The notes beneath the pieces were generated by a model. It made no database searches. It was not told where the DNA came from and worked only from the letters and a program-made list of their open reading frames with translations. From Ginglymostoma cirratum (lineage: Eukaryota), in contig JAHRHZ010000223.1 in assembly GCA_024137785.1 (NCBI GenBank), positions 11,724,908 through 11,788,907 on the forward strand: DNA of 64,000 nt, written 5' to 3'. The translations under genes and the position numbers were made by a program. Shown here piece by piece: positions 38,382 through 51,440 of this stretch. Position 1 is the first letter of the stretch. Each line of letters starts with the position of its first letter.

Positions 38382-40275
38382 AGATTGTCTTATGAAGAAA
38401 GATTGGTCAGACTAGGTTTGTATCTGCAGCAGTTTAGAAAAGTAAGAGAGATGATTTGATCGAAACACACAACAAACTGTGAGGTCTTGATAGTTTTTTT
38501 TTAAATTTGTTCACTGGATGAGAGTGTTGTTGGCTAGGCAGCATTTACTGCCCGTCCTAAGAATCAACCACATTGCTGTGGGTCTGGAGTCACATGTATG
38601 CGGAGGCGATGGCCTACTAGTATCACTGGACTGTTAATCTAGAGATCCAGATAACGTTCTGGGGACCAGGATTCAAATCCCACCACAGCAGATGGTGGAA
38701 TTTTAAGAACATAAGAACTAGGAGCAGGAGTAGGCCATCCGGCCCCTCAAGCCTACCCCGCCATTTAATAAGATCATGGCTGATCTTTGAGACTCAGCTC
38801 CACTTACGCGCCCACTCACCATAACTCTTTTCTGATGAAGGGTCTAAGTAGGCCCAAAACGTCAAGCTTTCCTGCTCCTATGATGCTGCTTGGCCTGCTG
38901 TGTTCATCCAGCTCCACACCTTGTTATCTCGGATTCTCCAGCATCTGCAGTACCTATTATCTCCTACACCCTTCATTCCTTTACTGTTCAAAAATTTATC
39001 TAGCCTTGCCTTAAAAACATTCAGTGAGGTAGCTTCAACCACTTCACTGGGCAGGGAATTCCACAGATTCACAACCCTTTGGGTGAAGAAGTTCCTCCTT
39101 ACCTCAGTCCTACATCTGCTTCCCTTTATTTTGAGGCAATGCCCTCTAGTCCAAGTTTCACCTGCTAGCAGAAACAACCTCCCTGCCTCCACTTTATCTA
39201 TTCCCTTCATAATCTTATATGTTTCTATAAGATCTCCCCTCATTCTTCTGAATTCCAGTGAGTATAAGCCCAGTCTACTCAGTCTCTCCTCATAATCCAA
39301 CCCTCTCAATTCTGGAATCAACCAAGTGAATCTCCTCTGCACCCCCTCCAGTGCTAATATATGTCTTCTCAAGTCAGGAGACCAAAACTGCACACAGTAC
39401 TCCAGGTGTGGCCTCACCAGGACCCTATACAGCTGCAGCATAGCCTCCCTGTTTTTAAATAAATATCTGGAATTAAAGGTCTTACAATGACCATCAATCC
39501 ATTGTCAATTGTTGGAAAAAACCCATCCGGTTCACTAATGCCCTTTAGGGAAGAAAGCTGCCATCCTTATCTGGTCTGGCCTACATGTGACTCCAGACCC
39601 ACAGTAATGTGGTTGACTCTTAACTGCCCTTTGGGCAGTTAGGGATGGGCAAGAAATGCTGCCTAGCCAGTGATGCCCTCATCCCGTGAATGAATAGAGG
39701 GAAAAAAAGGCCTGACCAGGTTAGAATGGCGGTTTCCTTCCCTAAAGAGCATGAGTAGACCAGATGGGATTTTCCCCCAACAATCAATTCATGGTCATCA
39801 TTATAATCTTAATTCCAGATATTTATTGAGTTCAAATTCCACCATCTACTGTGGAGGGATTTGAACACAAGTCCACAGAACATTATCTGGGTCTCTAAGT
39901 TCACAGTCCAGCAATAATACCCCTAGACCATCACCTCCTCCTCCAACAATAGATGTGGTCAATTTGGAGATGATGTTTCTTGTTATTGGAGAATCAAGAA
40001 CTAGTAATCACACTTTAAAAATCAGGGATTGTCCACTTAAAACAGGGATGAGGTGAAATATACTTCTCTCAAAAATATGTGACGTTGGGATGCACAGTGG
40101 TGGAAGCAGAGTCATTGAATATTCTCAAGACCAAGGTTAATAGTTTCTTGTTAAGTAAGGGAGAGAAACATTACCAGGGTAAGGAGGAATGTGGATTTGA
40201 GGCTACAATCAGATTAGTCATGATTTTATTGATGGGCAAAGGACTGAATGGTCTACTCCTGCTCCTTGTTTATAT
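38382..40275. mobile_element. Nested cluster: CR1(+) > SINE(-) > SINE(+) > CR1(-) > HHR element(+)
   Basis: Each outer element resumes after its insert. Inner CR1 ORF 38878-39441 has LVRPHLEYCVQFWSP...RNFFTQRVVNLWNSLP. Confidence 0.8.
38830..38963 (+). mobile_element. Solo 3'-terminal fragment of the Neptune-type Penelope, starting at the hammerhead motif (GAAA mutated to AAAA)
   Basis: ttctgatgaagggtctaagtaggcccaaaacgtcaagctttcctgctcc...tattatctc matches the reverse complement of 5688-5818. Confidence 0.85.
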
Positions 40276-42329
40276 GTCGTGCACCTGGAAGAACCTCCTA
40301 CTCATCTATACAGTAGTGTCTTGGGATTTCTTTTTTTTGTTATCGACCGGTTTGGTATGCCACATTTCTGTGGCCATCGCATCCCAAGTTCAGACTTGAA
40401 TCTGGACCTTCTGGCCCAGATGAAGTGACATTACCATTGCGCCAGAAGACCATCCCCTTGGGATTTTATTAAATCCACACCAGTGTGCAGGTATGTTCAA
40501 TGCCCCATTGAAAAGGCAGTATTTCTGATAATGCGGCTCATCTTCAATACTGCACTGCAGCGAGTATAACTCAGAAGCAAACATTTGACCAAGTGAGCCA
40601 CTGCTGAAACCTTAATCAGACATTTATTTGATTTATGGATGTATCAGTACTGATGCTGGGGTTCGTCATTCACTGAAAGTGGGGAGGGACTGTGACTGCC
40701 AATACTGCTGATGTTGAAATCTTTATGTTGCCACACGTTGTGGGGTCTAAGTGGATTAAAAATATTGGAGAAACAAGTCAAAGCTGTCATTAATACCAAT
40801 GACCTTATTCATTTGGAAATATTTAATTCACTTTAGATTTTCCTTCCTCTTGGGTTTTTCACACCAACTTTTTTTAATGTAGGCTAAATTCATGAATTTA
40901 TTTGTTTCAATTTATCCCACTCATTTCGATCCCAATTATGTCTCCTACTTCGGGTCTTCGCTATTCACATGGATTTCAAAGTTAAAAGTTTCACTTGCAA
41001 AAGGACAGCAAATAGAGTGCGATATCTAGCATGCCTGAATTTGCAAACAAACTTTGATGTTCAAATTATATGGCAAATGACAAGTGAAGAGACTGGTGGT
41101 CAGATAGATTATTCAGGTCAAGTGAATCTTTATGTGTGCTCCATAGACAGTGGCATATTGGTAATATGTCAAACAGAGGGTGATAAAGTTCTGTATCATG
41201 GTGCTCTGTTACAAAATATATTAAAGTACAAACTTACCGAAAGATGTTTGGATTTTGAACCTGCATTGGAATGTAGGAACAGGATTGAGCCATTCATCCC
41301 ATCAATGGAGCTGAGTGGAAACAAATCAAGACATAATTAATGCTGAAATTATAAATTTTACAAAAACATAGATTCTCAGAAAATGAATCAAAATTTAGTT
41401 GCAAGAGGAAAGCAGAACGCTGCAAATCTGAAACTATAATAGAAAATCTTAACAACACTTAGCAGGTCAGTATGGAGGCAAAAATCAAGTTAACATTTCA
41501 GTTTGGTGACTCTTTTTAAACAGCTGGAGTTCAGCTGGGACCACTTGTACTCTGAGTCAGAGATTGTCTTTTCAATTCAAGCTTAGGGGCAGGAGTGTGG
41601 ATAGATAGACCAGTGCATCTGCACCCAAAATTAAAGCAGTCAGCCAGAACAGTTTCAACAAACTCGGTCTGCAGCCATAATGCACTACAGGTGGACTCAA
41701 TCAGAGGATATTGGGATTTATGTTCCTCAGTGAAATCTGACTGGCCAGCAGCTCCAATGGTCTCAGCACTCCAATGGTGGGTTCCGCTGGAACAGAAACC
41801 AGTCTCAGGTTGAAGCCATTGGGATCTTGGATCCAGCTAAGTGAGGCACATTGGGCAGAGAGTCTGGCAACAAATGGGATGTTGAATGTGAGCAAAGGGT
41901 GTGAAGAGTTGGGTTTTAATGTCCCTACAGAGAGGAAGGAAGAATGGGTATTCTCTTTGAGGGGAAGGGGGTTGAGAGACAGGGAGGGAACTGCCCTTGT
42001 TGCACAAAGGGTGTCTTCTGAAGACAGCATACACATTCCTGCTCTCCTGAAGACTTGTAAGAACAAAGTGCTGCCCTCTCACACACAGCCAATCTCTTCA
42101 ACTGTTTTATGGCATGGGCCAGGTTATACTGTGGTCAGGTGGGCTTTTAACAAACTCAGCTGACCCTAATCACTTACTTACAAATGGCGGTTAAGCTGCC
42201 GATTTCAACATGCAAACACGCTCCATTAGCAAAGTGACGAGGAAGGCGGTGGGCTGAACACCCTCTCTATTTTACATGGCTCTCACCCCCATTGAAAACA
42301 CACTCCAAGTGGGAGCATATAGAACCCTC

Positions 42330-42700
42330 CTAAAGACTTGAGTGTTAAAGTCATAGCTGACCACCAGTGCAGTGCTGAGGAAATGTTGCACTGTTGAAGG
42401 CCTAGTTTCCCTCCCAAGTGAATACAAAAGATCATGTCATCAAGGAGGAAGAAGAGATTTGACTCTGGTATCATAACCATTATTTGCTCCTCAAGTAACA
42501 TTGCCAAAAGAGATTACCTGTACATCCTAGTTTGTGTGTATATGTGATCATTTTGCTGTTTGTGGGAGCTAGCAGTGTGCAAATTGGCTCCTTCGCTTCC
42601 GATGTTACAACAGTAACTACGTATCAAAAACTTTTCATTGGCTGTTGGAAGCATTTTGGGACACTGTGTCACTGCTCAGCTTGGCATTATAGGTGCAGAT
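42330..42700 (+). mobile_element. DeuSINE-like SINE
   Basis: cagtgcagtgctgagg...tgctgtttgtgggagctagcagtgtgcaaattggct...ttacaacagtaactac...ttcattggctgt. Confidence 0.7.
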
Positions 42701-43229
42701 TCACTGAGAAATAACAAGATTTTCTTCATCCTTTGGCCAATTCCAGCATCTCACTAAGCTCCAAATGAACAACAGAACTGGTGAACTCACTCCTGTAAGG
42801 GCTGAAAACAGGGCATTCCTTGCTGTATGCTTTTATTAAATAGAAAATCCTAGAGAGCTTGGAATAATTAGAATGCTGTGGTCTGGTCGAGTTATTCAGT
42901 CTGTTTATGGAGCAATTGATTCCTCTGGGAGCGACTGCAAGGCTTTTCACTAAATTGTGGGCTTCGATGTTTTCTACAATGAACTAGCAAGGACTCTAGG
43001 AGAATAATCTAATCATGTAGTGCATGACACATAATTCTATGCTCCCTCACCAAAATCTAGGCGGCTCTTGGAACATCCCACCTAATACCCATAGTAAATT
43101 AACTCAACATCTGAACAATGCATATTCTCTCACATCCTGTTTACCTACAGACACTCGTGTTTATTGGATTCTGTCTTTATTTCCTCCAGCCCAATGAAGC
43201 ATGCTCAACAATCAAAACAGGAGGGACTT

Positions 43230-43685
43230 GATTGCAGTAGAGAGGGTGTGGAGGAGATTCACCAGGATGTTGGCTGGGATGGAGAGTTTTAGTTATAAAA
43301 AGAGGTTGGATAGACTAGGGTTGTTTTCCTTGGAGTAGAAAACACTAAGGGGGTCCATGATAGAGATGTATAAAATGTTATGGGTCATAGGCAGAGTAGA
43401 CAGGAAGAAATTTTCCCCTTAGTGGAGGGATCAATGATAGATTTAAGGTATGGGCAGGAGATTTAAAAGGAATGTGTGAAGATTCTTTTTTTCTGAAACT
43501 CACTGCTTGTATGGGTGGTAGATGCAAAAAGCCTTATAATATTTAATGGGTATTTAGGTATACAAAGCTACAGGCCAAATGCTGGAAAATATTGTTAGTA
43601 TATTTAGGTGTTTTTTTTTACTGGTGCAGTATCAATGTGCTGAAGGGCCTTTTTCTGTGCTGTTGATCTCTATGTCTGTATAACT
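43230..43685 (+). mobile_element. CR1 3' fragment
   Basis: gaggagattcaccaggatgttg...aggttggatagactaggg; CR1-like tail. Confidence 0.7.
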
Positions 43686-43696
43686 CTGTAACAGAA

Positions 43697-44030
43697 TGGC
43701 ACAATGGTTCACTGCTGCTTCACAGGGACCTGGGTTCGTTTCTATCCTTGGGTGACTGTGTAGAATTTGCACATTGTCCCTGTGACTGCATGGGTTTCCA
43801 ACGGGTGCTCTTCTTTCATCCGACAGTCCAAAGTTGCACAGGTTAGGTGGATTGGCCATGCTAAATTACCCATAGTAGTCAGGGATGTATAGGATAGGTG
43901 CATTAGCCATGGGAAATGCAGGGTTACAGGGATGGGAGAGGGGGATAAGTCTGGATGGGATGCTCTTCCGAGGGTCGATGCGGACTCCTTGTGCCAAATA
44001 GTCTGCTTTCAAACTGTAAGATTTCTATGA
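43697..44030 (+). mobile_element. HE1/V-SINE-like SINE
   Basis: cactgctgcttcacagggacctgggttcg...ggttaggtggattggccatgctaaatt. Confidence 0.85.
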
Positions 44031-44669
44031 AATGACCTTGAAAATAACTTAGGCTGGGACACCCTGAAATCATGGAGGATTCCTTGTTGATGTCCTGTTT
44101 TCAGTTGTGGAAAGTCCTAATTAAAGACAGGACAGAACTTAATCCTAATTATCTGACTTTCGTGAAGATCCCATCCAATGTACCACACATTCAAAATAAG
44201 GATGAGGATATGTTTATTTTTCACAGTAGGTCATAGAACTCTTCAAAAAAACACACCCCTTTGAATCTTTTTTTTAGGCAGAAGTACATAGATTCTTGAT
44301 AAGCAAGGGGTTTCAAAAGTTTGTCTGTAGTAGGCCAAAATGTGGAGTCATCAGATCAGCCATGTTCTTAATCAATGGCAGCAGGTTCAAGGGGCAAAGT
44401 GGTCTACTTCTGTTCCGAACTCATACGTTTGTATGTTCGGGCCAAATTCGAGATCCATTTTCCTTGATTGTGCCAGGTGTCCTGTTAGCTACAAAACAAT
44501 TGCTCATTACTGTCCTAATCAATTGCGAAAGTATGAAAGTGATGTGAAATATACAATGAAATGTTGGTGACAACAGGGTGCAGCAAATGGATATCAACAT
44601 TGGGGGTTCAAATCTGGAGAAGGGCCATTGTGTAGATGTTTTACTATGTCTACTTTCACCCCTCAGATA

Positions 44670-45310
44670 TTTTCCAAATCAACTTGTTGAGAGATATTAT
44701 GACATATTTCTGCAGCAGGTGGGACTTGAGCACGGGTCTCCTGGCTCAGAGGTAGGGATATTGCCACTGCATCAACAACAGCCCTTAATAGTCATAGTGG
44801 AAACCTATTTTCCCAAACAACCTGTTCAGAGATGTAACTACACACCTAGTAATTACACTTGCTCTTTGGAGCAAGTGGGACTTGAACCTAGGCCTCCCAG
44901 TTCTGAGGTGGGGTTACTACCACTGTACTACAACAGGGCCACATGGTCCTACTTATTTTGTTTTATTTAACCTATTTTTCTAATCAACCTGCTCAGTGAT
45001 CTTATTACACACCTCTGGAACAGGTGGGACTTGAACCTGATCCGCTTAGTCCGGGGGTAGGGACACGACCACTCCAACACAAGGGAGCTCCTTCAGGCAC
45101 CTCCAGAAAGCAGAGGTCATTTCACCTATTTTCGTTCATTCAGGGCATTTGGACAACGGTGACAAGATCAGGACTGATTCTTTATCTTGAACTTTTTTTA
45201 TTCTAACCAACCCATTCTGAGGATGTTATTACACACCACTAGAGCAGATGGGAGTTAAACCCGCGCCTGTCCATCCAGGGGTAGGGACGCAACCACTGTG
45301 ACACAAGAGG
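44670..45310 (-). repeat. Tandem cluster of four ~115-bp tRNA-derived short SINE units
   Basis: Units at ~44670, 44806, 44972 and 45200, each with caac(c/t)...agat.tta..acac...gcaggtgggacttgaacc...ggtaggga..c.accact. Confidence 0.8.
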
Positions 45311-48289
45311 GTATAAATCAGTTAGCAATGTGTTTAAACGTCCTGTTCTCAATTAGTCTGGAGAGGATTTCTCTTTTTTTCCTCGTCTCTCCCTCTTTGT
45401 TCAATGTGTCAAGGCTTCAGTGAATTACATGTCACCGTCACTGGTTTAGGCTGAAAGCAGTTACTGAGAAGCAAGTTAAATCTTTCAGCTCCATTGTTTA
45501 CACTTTCCTGGGACGCCAGAACTTGCCGAAGCGGGGGACTCACTGTATGAGCGCAGGGAAGAGTGCCAATGTTATTGAAACATTTGGGGATGGGGGCGTG
45601 TAATTGTTCCTTGGATCAGTTACGAACTCGCTATCGGCTGGATGGTGGCGAAGATACCATTGTTTTATCCATATATAAATAGTCACAGAACGGTTCCGCG
45701 ATTATCCTGAGTTCAAAACAAAGATTGTTTTGTAAGACCATCCCCACTTGATTCTCCTTAGGGTCCTGATACAGAATCTTAGCGAGTAGAACTCAACAAT
45801 TTGCAAGCAAAAAAAAATGAAGATTTGGATGCTTCTGTTTAAGCAGAGCGAATAAACTTATTCTAACGATTTGGTTTATTTTGACTTGTTGAAACCTTAA
45901 TTTGTAAGGTGAGGTGTAAAAAGATGCCATGGTAGAAACTTTAAACCACCTTTTAAAAGCATTTCGGCGTTTATTTCAACTGCGTTTGCCAGAAATGGCG
46001 ATATTTTAAAGCTTTGTTATGATGTAACTCTTCCACCTTTAGTTCATATTGTCTGTAAGTTTTAAATGCTAGAATGGGATCAATAAAATCCTGCCCCTTG
46101 TGTATACCGTCAAAAAATTAACTGCAATTATAAACTAACAGGGTGCTGGCGAATTTTGTTGACTGGAATAGACAAGGACAGGAGAGTCCGTGTTTACGCG
46201 TAAAACTAAGTTCTGGGTTACGGTGACAGGAGTGCATTCGTGAACCAGGGAGAGACAGGGGACCAGAGACTGTCCGTTAGACCTGGCCTAACAGTGACAA
46301 AGAGAGGAGTGTGAAGCTGAATCTCACGCTATAAGAATGGATAGTGTTTTTGTTTTGTTTTGGCAGGTTTATCTGTGATTGTTTTTAGTATGTGGTTTGT
46401 TTATGATTGCTATCAAAGAATAATACCCACTGGTGCACCGTCAACCTGCAAGTGATGAATAAACTTGAAGAATAAAACCCGAAGGCAAATTACCTTGGTG
46501 TGCTTTTCAGAAAGTTAGAGCCAGGTTTGAAAACGGTGCCAAATTCGGCATATCCTTTCGATCGAATTGCTGGTTTTAGAGTGTGGAAGGTCCCAAATTT
46601 ATTTTCCACTTGTGAAAATTTTAACTAGCCCCGCACTTGAAGTCAGCCACACGTGAACTATGTTGCCCGGCTCACTATTGAGCCGGACTGACAAGACAGA
46701 GAGGTAATGCGATTTTGCAGACGCTTACTTACTCAGCCTTTATGGAACGGGGGGAATTCAGACCACACTGCGCTGTACTCCACAGTCTTCAACCACTATG
46801 TTAACCAGGCGTGGAAACAATTGAGCTGCCGTCCTTTATAACTTGCAGTGGTTGGGGTTACACTGTTGCGCGGTGGTGGTGTCATAACATCTCTCAACAG
46901 GTTGCTTAGAAAATATCGATACTGTTGGTGAGATTAAAATAATAAGATTGCCGCACAAGGCTGGGGAGGGAGAATCCATGGAGTGAATTTGAGACAGAAA
47001 TACATAGATTCCTGATTAGTGAGGGGATCAAGGGTTATAGAGAGATGGCAAGAGAGTGGAGCTGGGAAGCATATCCTCCATGCTGGAATAGAGGTGGAGA
47101 TTCAATCGGCCGAATGGTCTAAATTCTGCTCCTATTTCTAATGGATTCCATGAGTTGGGTCAAAAGAGGAGGCCGTTCGGACCTTGGTGCCTGCTGCTGT
47201 CAAGCTATCAGAGTATGGCTCATCCATTCATCCAACCCAGCTCAGTTCCAGCAGCTGCAACTCTTTGGAAGAGGAGGAAAGATATTGATTCCTACTCTCC
47301 TTTGCCTAAAAATGCGTTCACCTGATTTTCCCACGTCCACAATTCCCCCTTTCCCCGCTCCCGACTGACTCCTGATGTCCTCGCCAGAGGAAAGAGTTTC
47401 TCTGTATCTACTCTCTGGGTAATGAAAGCAAAGTAGTGGTGGATGTTGGAGATCATAAATAAAAACAGAAAGTGTTGGAGATACTCAGCAGGTCTGGGAG
47501 CATCACTGGAGAGAAAAATTTATCTCAACTTCGTGCCAGACCTGCCAAGTTTTTCTGGCACTTTCTGTTTTCTTTCTAGCCTGTGGAGTCTTTGTCACAT
47601 TAGCAACACCTCAGTGATGTGGTCTTATCAAGGCTTATAGGAAAGGACAGGAAAGTGAAAGTGAGGAGTTGGATCAGCAATGATCCTGTCGAACCAAAAA
47701 GAAAGAAATTGCTGGAGAAACTTATCAGGTCTGGCAGCATCTGTGGGGAGAAAGCAAAGTTAACATTTAGTGTCCTTCATCAGACGTAGTAGTAGCTAGG
47801 AAACGGTCGTATATATGCTGAAGACAGGAATGTGGATGATTGAGGAGTGACAGCATACCTAGAGAGCAAGCCCAGGGAGAGAAAAAGACAGGCAAAGGCG
47901 TAGATAATGGTATGTCATGGAAGAAGACAGGCTGATAAAGGGGACCTTAAATAAGTGAAATGGCAACACATGGTGGCAAAGCCTATTGAATGGCGGAGCA
48001 GGATTGAGGGGCCGAACGGTCAACTATTCCTATTTCTTGTGGTGTTAGGTCACCTGGTCAACAGTCTAACGACTGTGGAACATAAGCCTAGTGCATGCAA
48101 GTCTCTGCAATCCTCAGCCCCGCTATCATCCCAATATATTTGTGCTCTACCTCCCTGGAAGATCCAACCATCTTTACTGACATGGGCAAATGTAACAAAC
48201 TGCTCACAAAGACGTGGGACTCAAACCAGAGGCAGGGGCACTCGCTGCACCACAAGAGCCCTTACAGCATGTTGCTGATTTGCACAATG

Positions 48290-48601
48290 GAAACACAGAA
48301 TCCCTACAATGTGGAAACAGGGCCTTCGACCTAACAAGTCCACACCGACCCTCACAGCAGCCACCCAAACCCATCCTCCTATAACCCAACTAATCTACAC
48401 ATCCCTGAACACTATGGGCAATTTAGCATGGTCAATCCACCTAGCCTGTACATATTTGGACTGTGAGAGGAAACCGGAGCACCCGAAACCCACGCAGACA
48501 CGGGCAGAATGTGTAAACTCCAAACATACAGTCGCCCGAGGGCAGAATTGAACTCGACGCTTTGAGGCAACAGTGCTAACCACTGAGCCACCGTGCTGCC
48601 C
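48290..48601 (-). mobile_element. HE1/V-SINE-like SINE
   Basis: Minus-strand head ggcagcacggtggctcagtggttagcactg. Confidence 0.85.
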
Positions 48602-49704
48602 CTATGCAACCATTTCAAAAAGGGGCAACTGCTAAGGCTCCATGGATTTCAAATGGGTTAAGACGCCACGTGGATCCTTTAAAGAGACTCGATCTCTGAC
48701 CTGGACAAACAGCAGGTCCGGAGGACATGGTGATGCAGGAGGCATACCTGCGAGAGTTTTACCTTTTTAAAAACAAAATCACAACCTTAAGAACAAATTG
48801 CCTGGCGTCGTAATCCCCTGACAATAAAGAGGATAAAGTCGAGTCGTAACTCCTTTTTTGGCAAATATCCTAATCAGAAACTGTCGAGTGTAACATCAGG
48901 CAGATTTGTTGAGACTTTTATGTTGAGTTTGGAGAGGACGTGATTTATAGATATTATTTTCGGCGATTTTCCTTTTGATTAGTTAGATTAAAATTAGAAT
49001 TAGAATTAGAATTCAAAATTAAGTGAATATTTAAATCTGAAATTCGTGTATCACTCTCCCACATTGCAATCTGGAGCTGTTATTAATTTTATTCAAACAA
49101 AGCTTATTATGGAATCTATAAGCCGCTAGCTCTTCTTGTGAACAATGAATACAGTACAGGGGCCGCAGAGAGATTACAATGGTTTCCCACTTTGCAAAAA
49201 CTTTGTACTGAGCAGGGTGCGCATCTCGGATCTTCGCTCTGCAACATCACAACTGCAGGCTTTAAATGCTGGGTCTAATTTTTCATATGATACAGTGTGC
49301 ACGCTGTGGGAAGGGTGTAACTTCTGACTGACCACAGTTTTTCATCGCATGGCTGTGCTTTTCTAGACTTCTGTTTTTAGAATGTTGCAGCAGTTTTGTG
49401 CACTGGTTCGCACAACGTGGTCGCTAAGACAAAAGCCCAAGATTGCAGATGCTGGAAATCCGAAATTAAAGCAGGAAGTGCTGAAGAAACTCAGCAGTTC
49501 TGGCTGCATCTGTGGAGAGCAAAGGAGCCAGCGTTTCTCCTGTGTCTTATTTGGAACCCGCAGCAGGACGGTCATTCGGCCCACTGTATCTCTGCCAACA
49601 CTTGAAAGAATAGTCCCATTAGTCCTATATAGCTGGTCTATCCCTATAGCCTTGCATTTTCCATTCCATTTCATTCCCTGGGAAGGCAGGTCTGACCTGT
49701 GAAG

Positions 49705-50137
49705 GGAGACTGAATCGGTTAGAACTTTATTCACTGGAGTTTAGAAGAATGATGGAGGGGGATTTCACAGAAACTTATAAAATTCTACCAGGATTGAACA
49801 GCTGGAAAGATGTTCCCGGTGACCTGGGAGTACAGACCAGGAGACCGGAATCCAAGGATACAGGATAAGCCATTTAGGTCTGCAATGAAGAGAAATTTCT
49901 TCACCCAGAGGGTGAGGAGGCTGTGGCATTCTCTGCCACTGAAAACAGTTGAGGTCAAAACATTGAATGTTTTCAAGAAGCAGTTAAGTTTAGTTCTTAG
50001 GGCTAAAGGGATCATAGGAATGTGGGGAAAGCAGGAACAGGGTACTGAGTTGGATGATCAGCCCTGCTTATACTGAATGGCAGGGCAGACTCGAAGGGCC
50101 AAGTGGCCTATACTTGCTCCTATTTTCCATGTTTCTA
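49705..50137 (+). mobile_element. CR1 3' fragment
   Basis: RNFFTQRVRRLWHSLP motif and a CR1 3' UTR. Confidence 0.8.
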
Positions 50138-51296
50138 ACCTTAAATACAATTCATTTCCGAAATTCACTATTGGATCTGTTTTCACCGCCCTTGCAGATT
50201 CTAATCGATTTAAAGAAAGGAAGTTCACCTCCCGTCCGCTTTATATATGTTATTGATTCAGTCATGATCGCCGGCCTGGGCAGCATGTATCATCCAGTGG
50301 ACAGCGCATTAACAGTCAACCACATTGCTTGTGCATCTGAAGTCAAATGGAGGCCAGGCCAGAGAAGGAGTGCAGATTTCCTTCCCTAATTAACATGAGT
50401 GAACCAGATGGGTTTTGACAATCTCCCGATTTTCACCATCCTGCTAGCTTTTACTCTACTGTTATTATTGAATTCAAAAATCCACCCTGATGGGATTCCA
50501 ACTCATGTCTCCAGAACATTAAGCTGGACCTCTGGATTACCAGTTTAAACCTTTACTAGATCTTAGTTAAATTGCAGGACAATGAAAGGTCACAAACTGC
50601 TAAACGGGTGGCATTAAACTGTTTTTGTTCTCGTTTTCTGTCTGCTCAAGGCCGCCAGGCAGTTGTAAAGGCAGAGACAAAAAACAACTGCAGATGGTGG
50701 AATCCAAAGTAGACAAACAGGAGGCTGGAAGAACACAGCAAGCCAGGCAGCATCTGGAGGAAAGGAGTAGTCAATGTTTCAGGTATAACCCTTCTTATAA
50801 AGGCAGAGCTGCCCTGCCCGAAAACAGCTTTTTGTGGAAGTTAGATTGTTTTAACAAGGCTGTGAGGGTTCAGGTGGAGCTTTTGCCTCAAGATGGGAGG
50901 GTAGGGGTTGCAAAAGACTCCGCGCATACTCCTTGCAGCAAACTGCACAGAAGCAGTCGGAGGAAGCAATATTCCTCCTTTCACCATTAGGTTTTCCAGC
51001 GTTAGTGCAGAAACCAGAATAATCCCTTCATTCAGCCCCATCTCTCTGGGAAGTGATATTCCTCCTGCAATTTTTGTTTCACTCTTGGCTAACTTACAAC
51101 CTCAGAATCTTGCAACTGTCCGGTTCGCTCAGATCTCCCCCTGCCTAGTATTGGTTACCTCTAGGCAAAATGCCTTCCCATCAGTGGGCCATAGACATCA
51201 CAGTGATTTTGCCCTTTCCCTTCACACGCCCGACCTCAAGTAGAAAGCAACGCTTTCATGATGTCCTTCTCACAGCTAAACCAATAGCCAGAAACA

Positions 51297-51440
51297 CTTG
51301 TTCTGAAGAAGAGTCCCTGAAGCCGAAACATTCGCAACTGTTTCTCTGTCCATAGAAGCTGCCAGACCCGCTGAGTTTCTCCAACCTATTTCTGTGTTTG
51401 TTTCAGATTTCCAGCATCTGCAGTTCTTGGCTTTATATTG
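51297..51440 (+). mobile_element. Short HHR-type element, degenerate
   Basis: ttctgaagaagagtc...ccgaaacatt...gctgccagacccgctgagtttctcca...ttccagcatctgcag. Confidence 0.6.

Noticed and set aside
44670-45310. Possible tRNA gene cluster or CRISPR-like array
   Set aside because: Units are diverged SINE heads without a complete cloverleaf, and the repeats are too long and variable for CRISPR in a vertebrate context.
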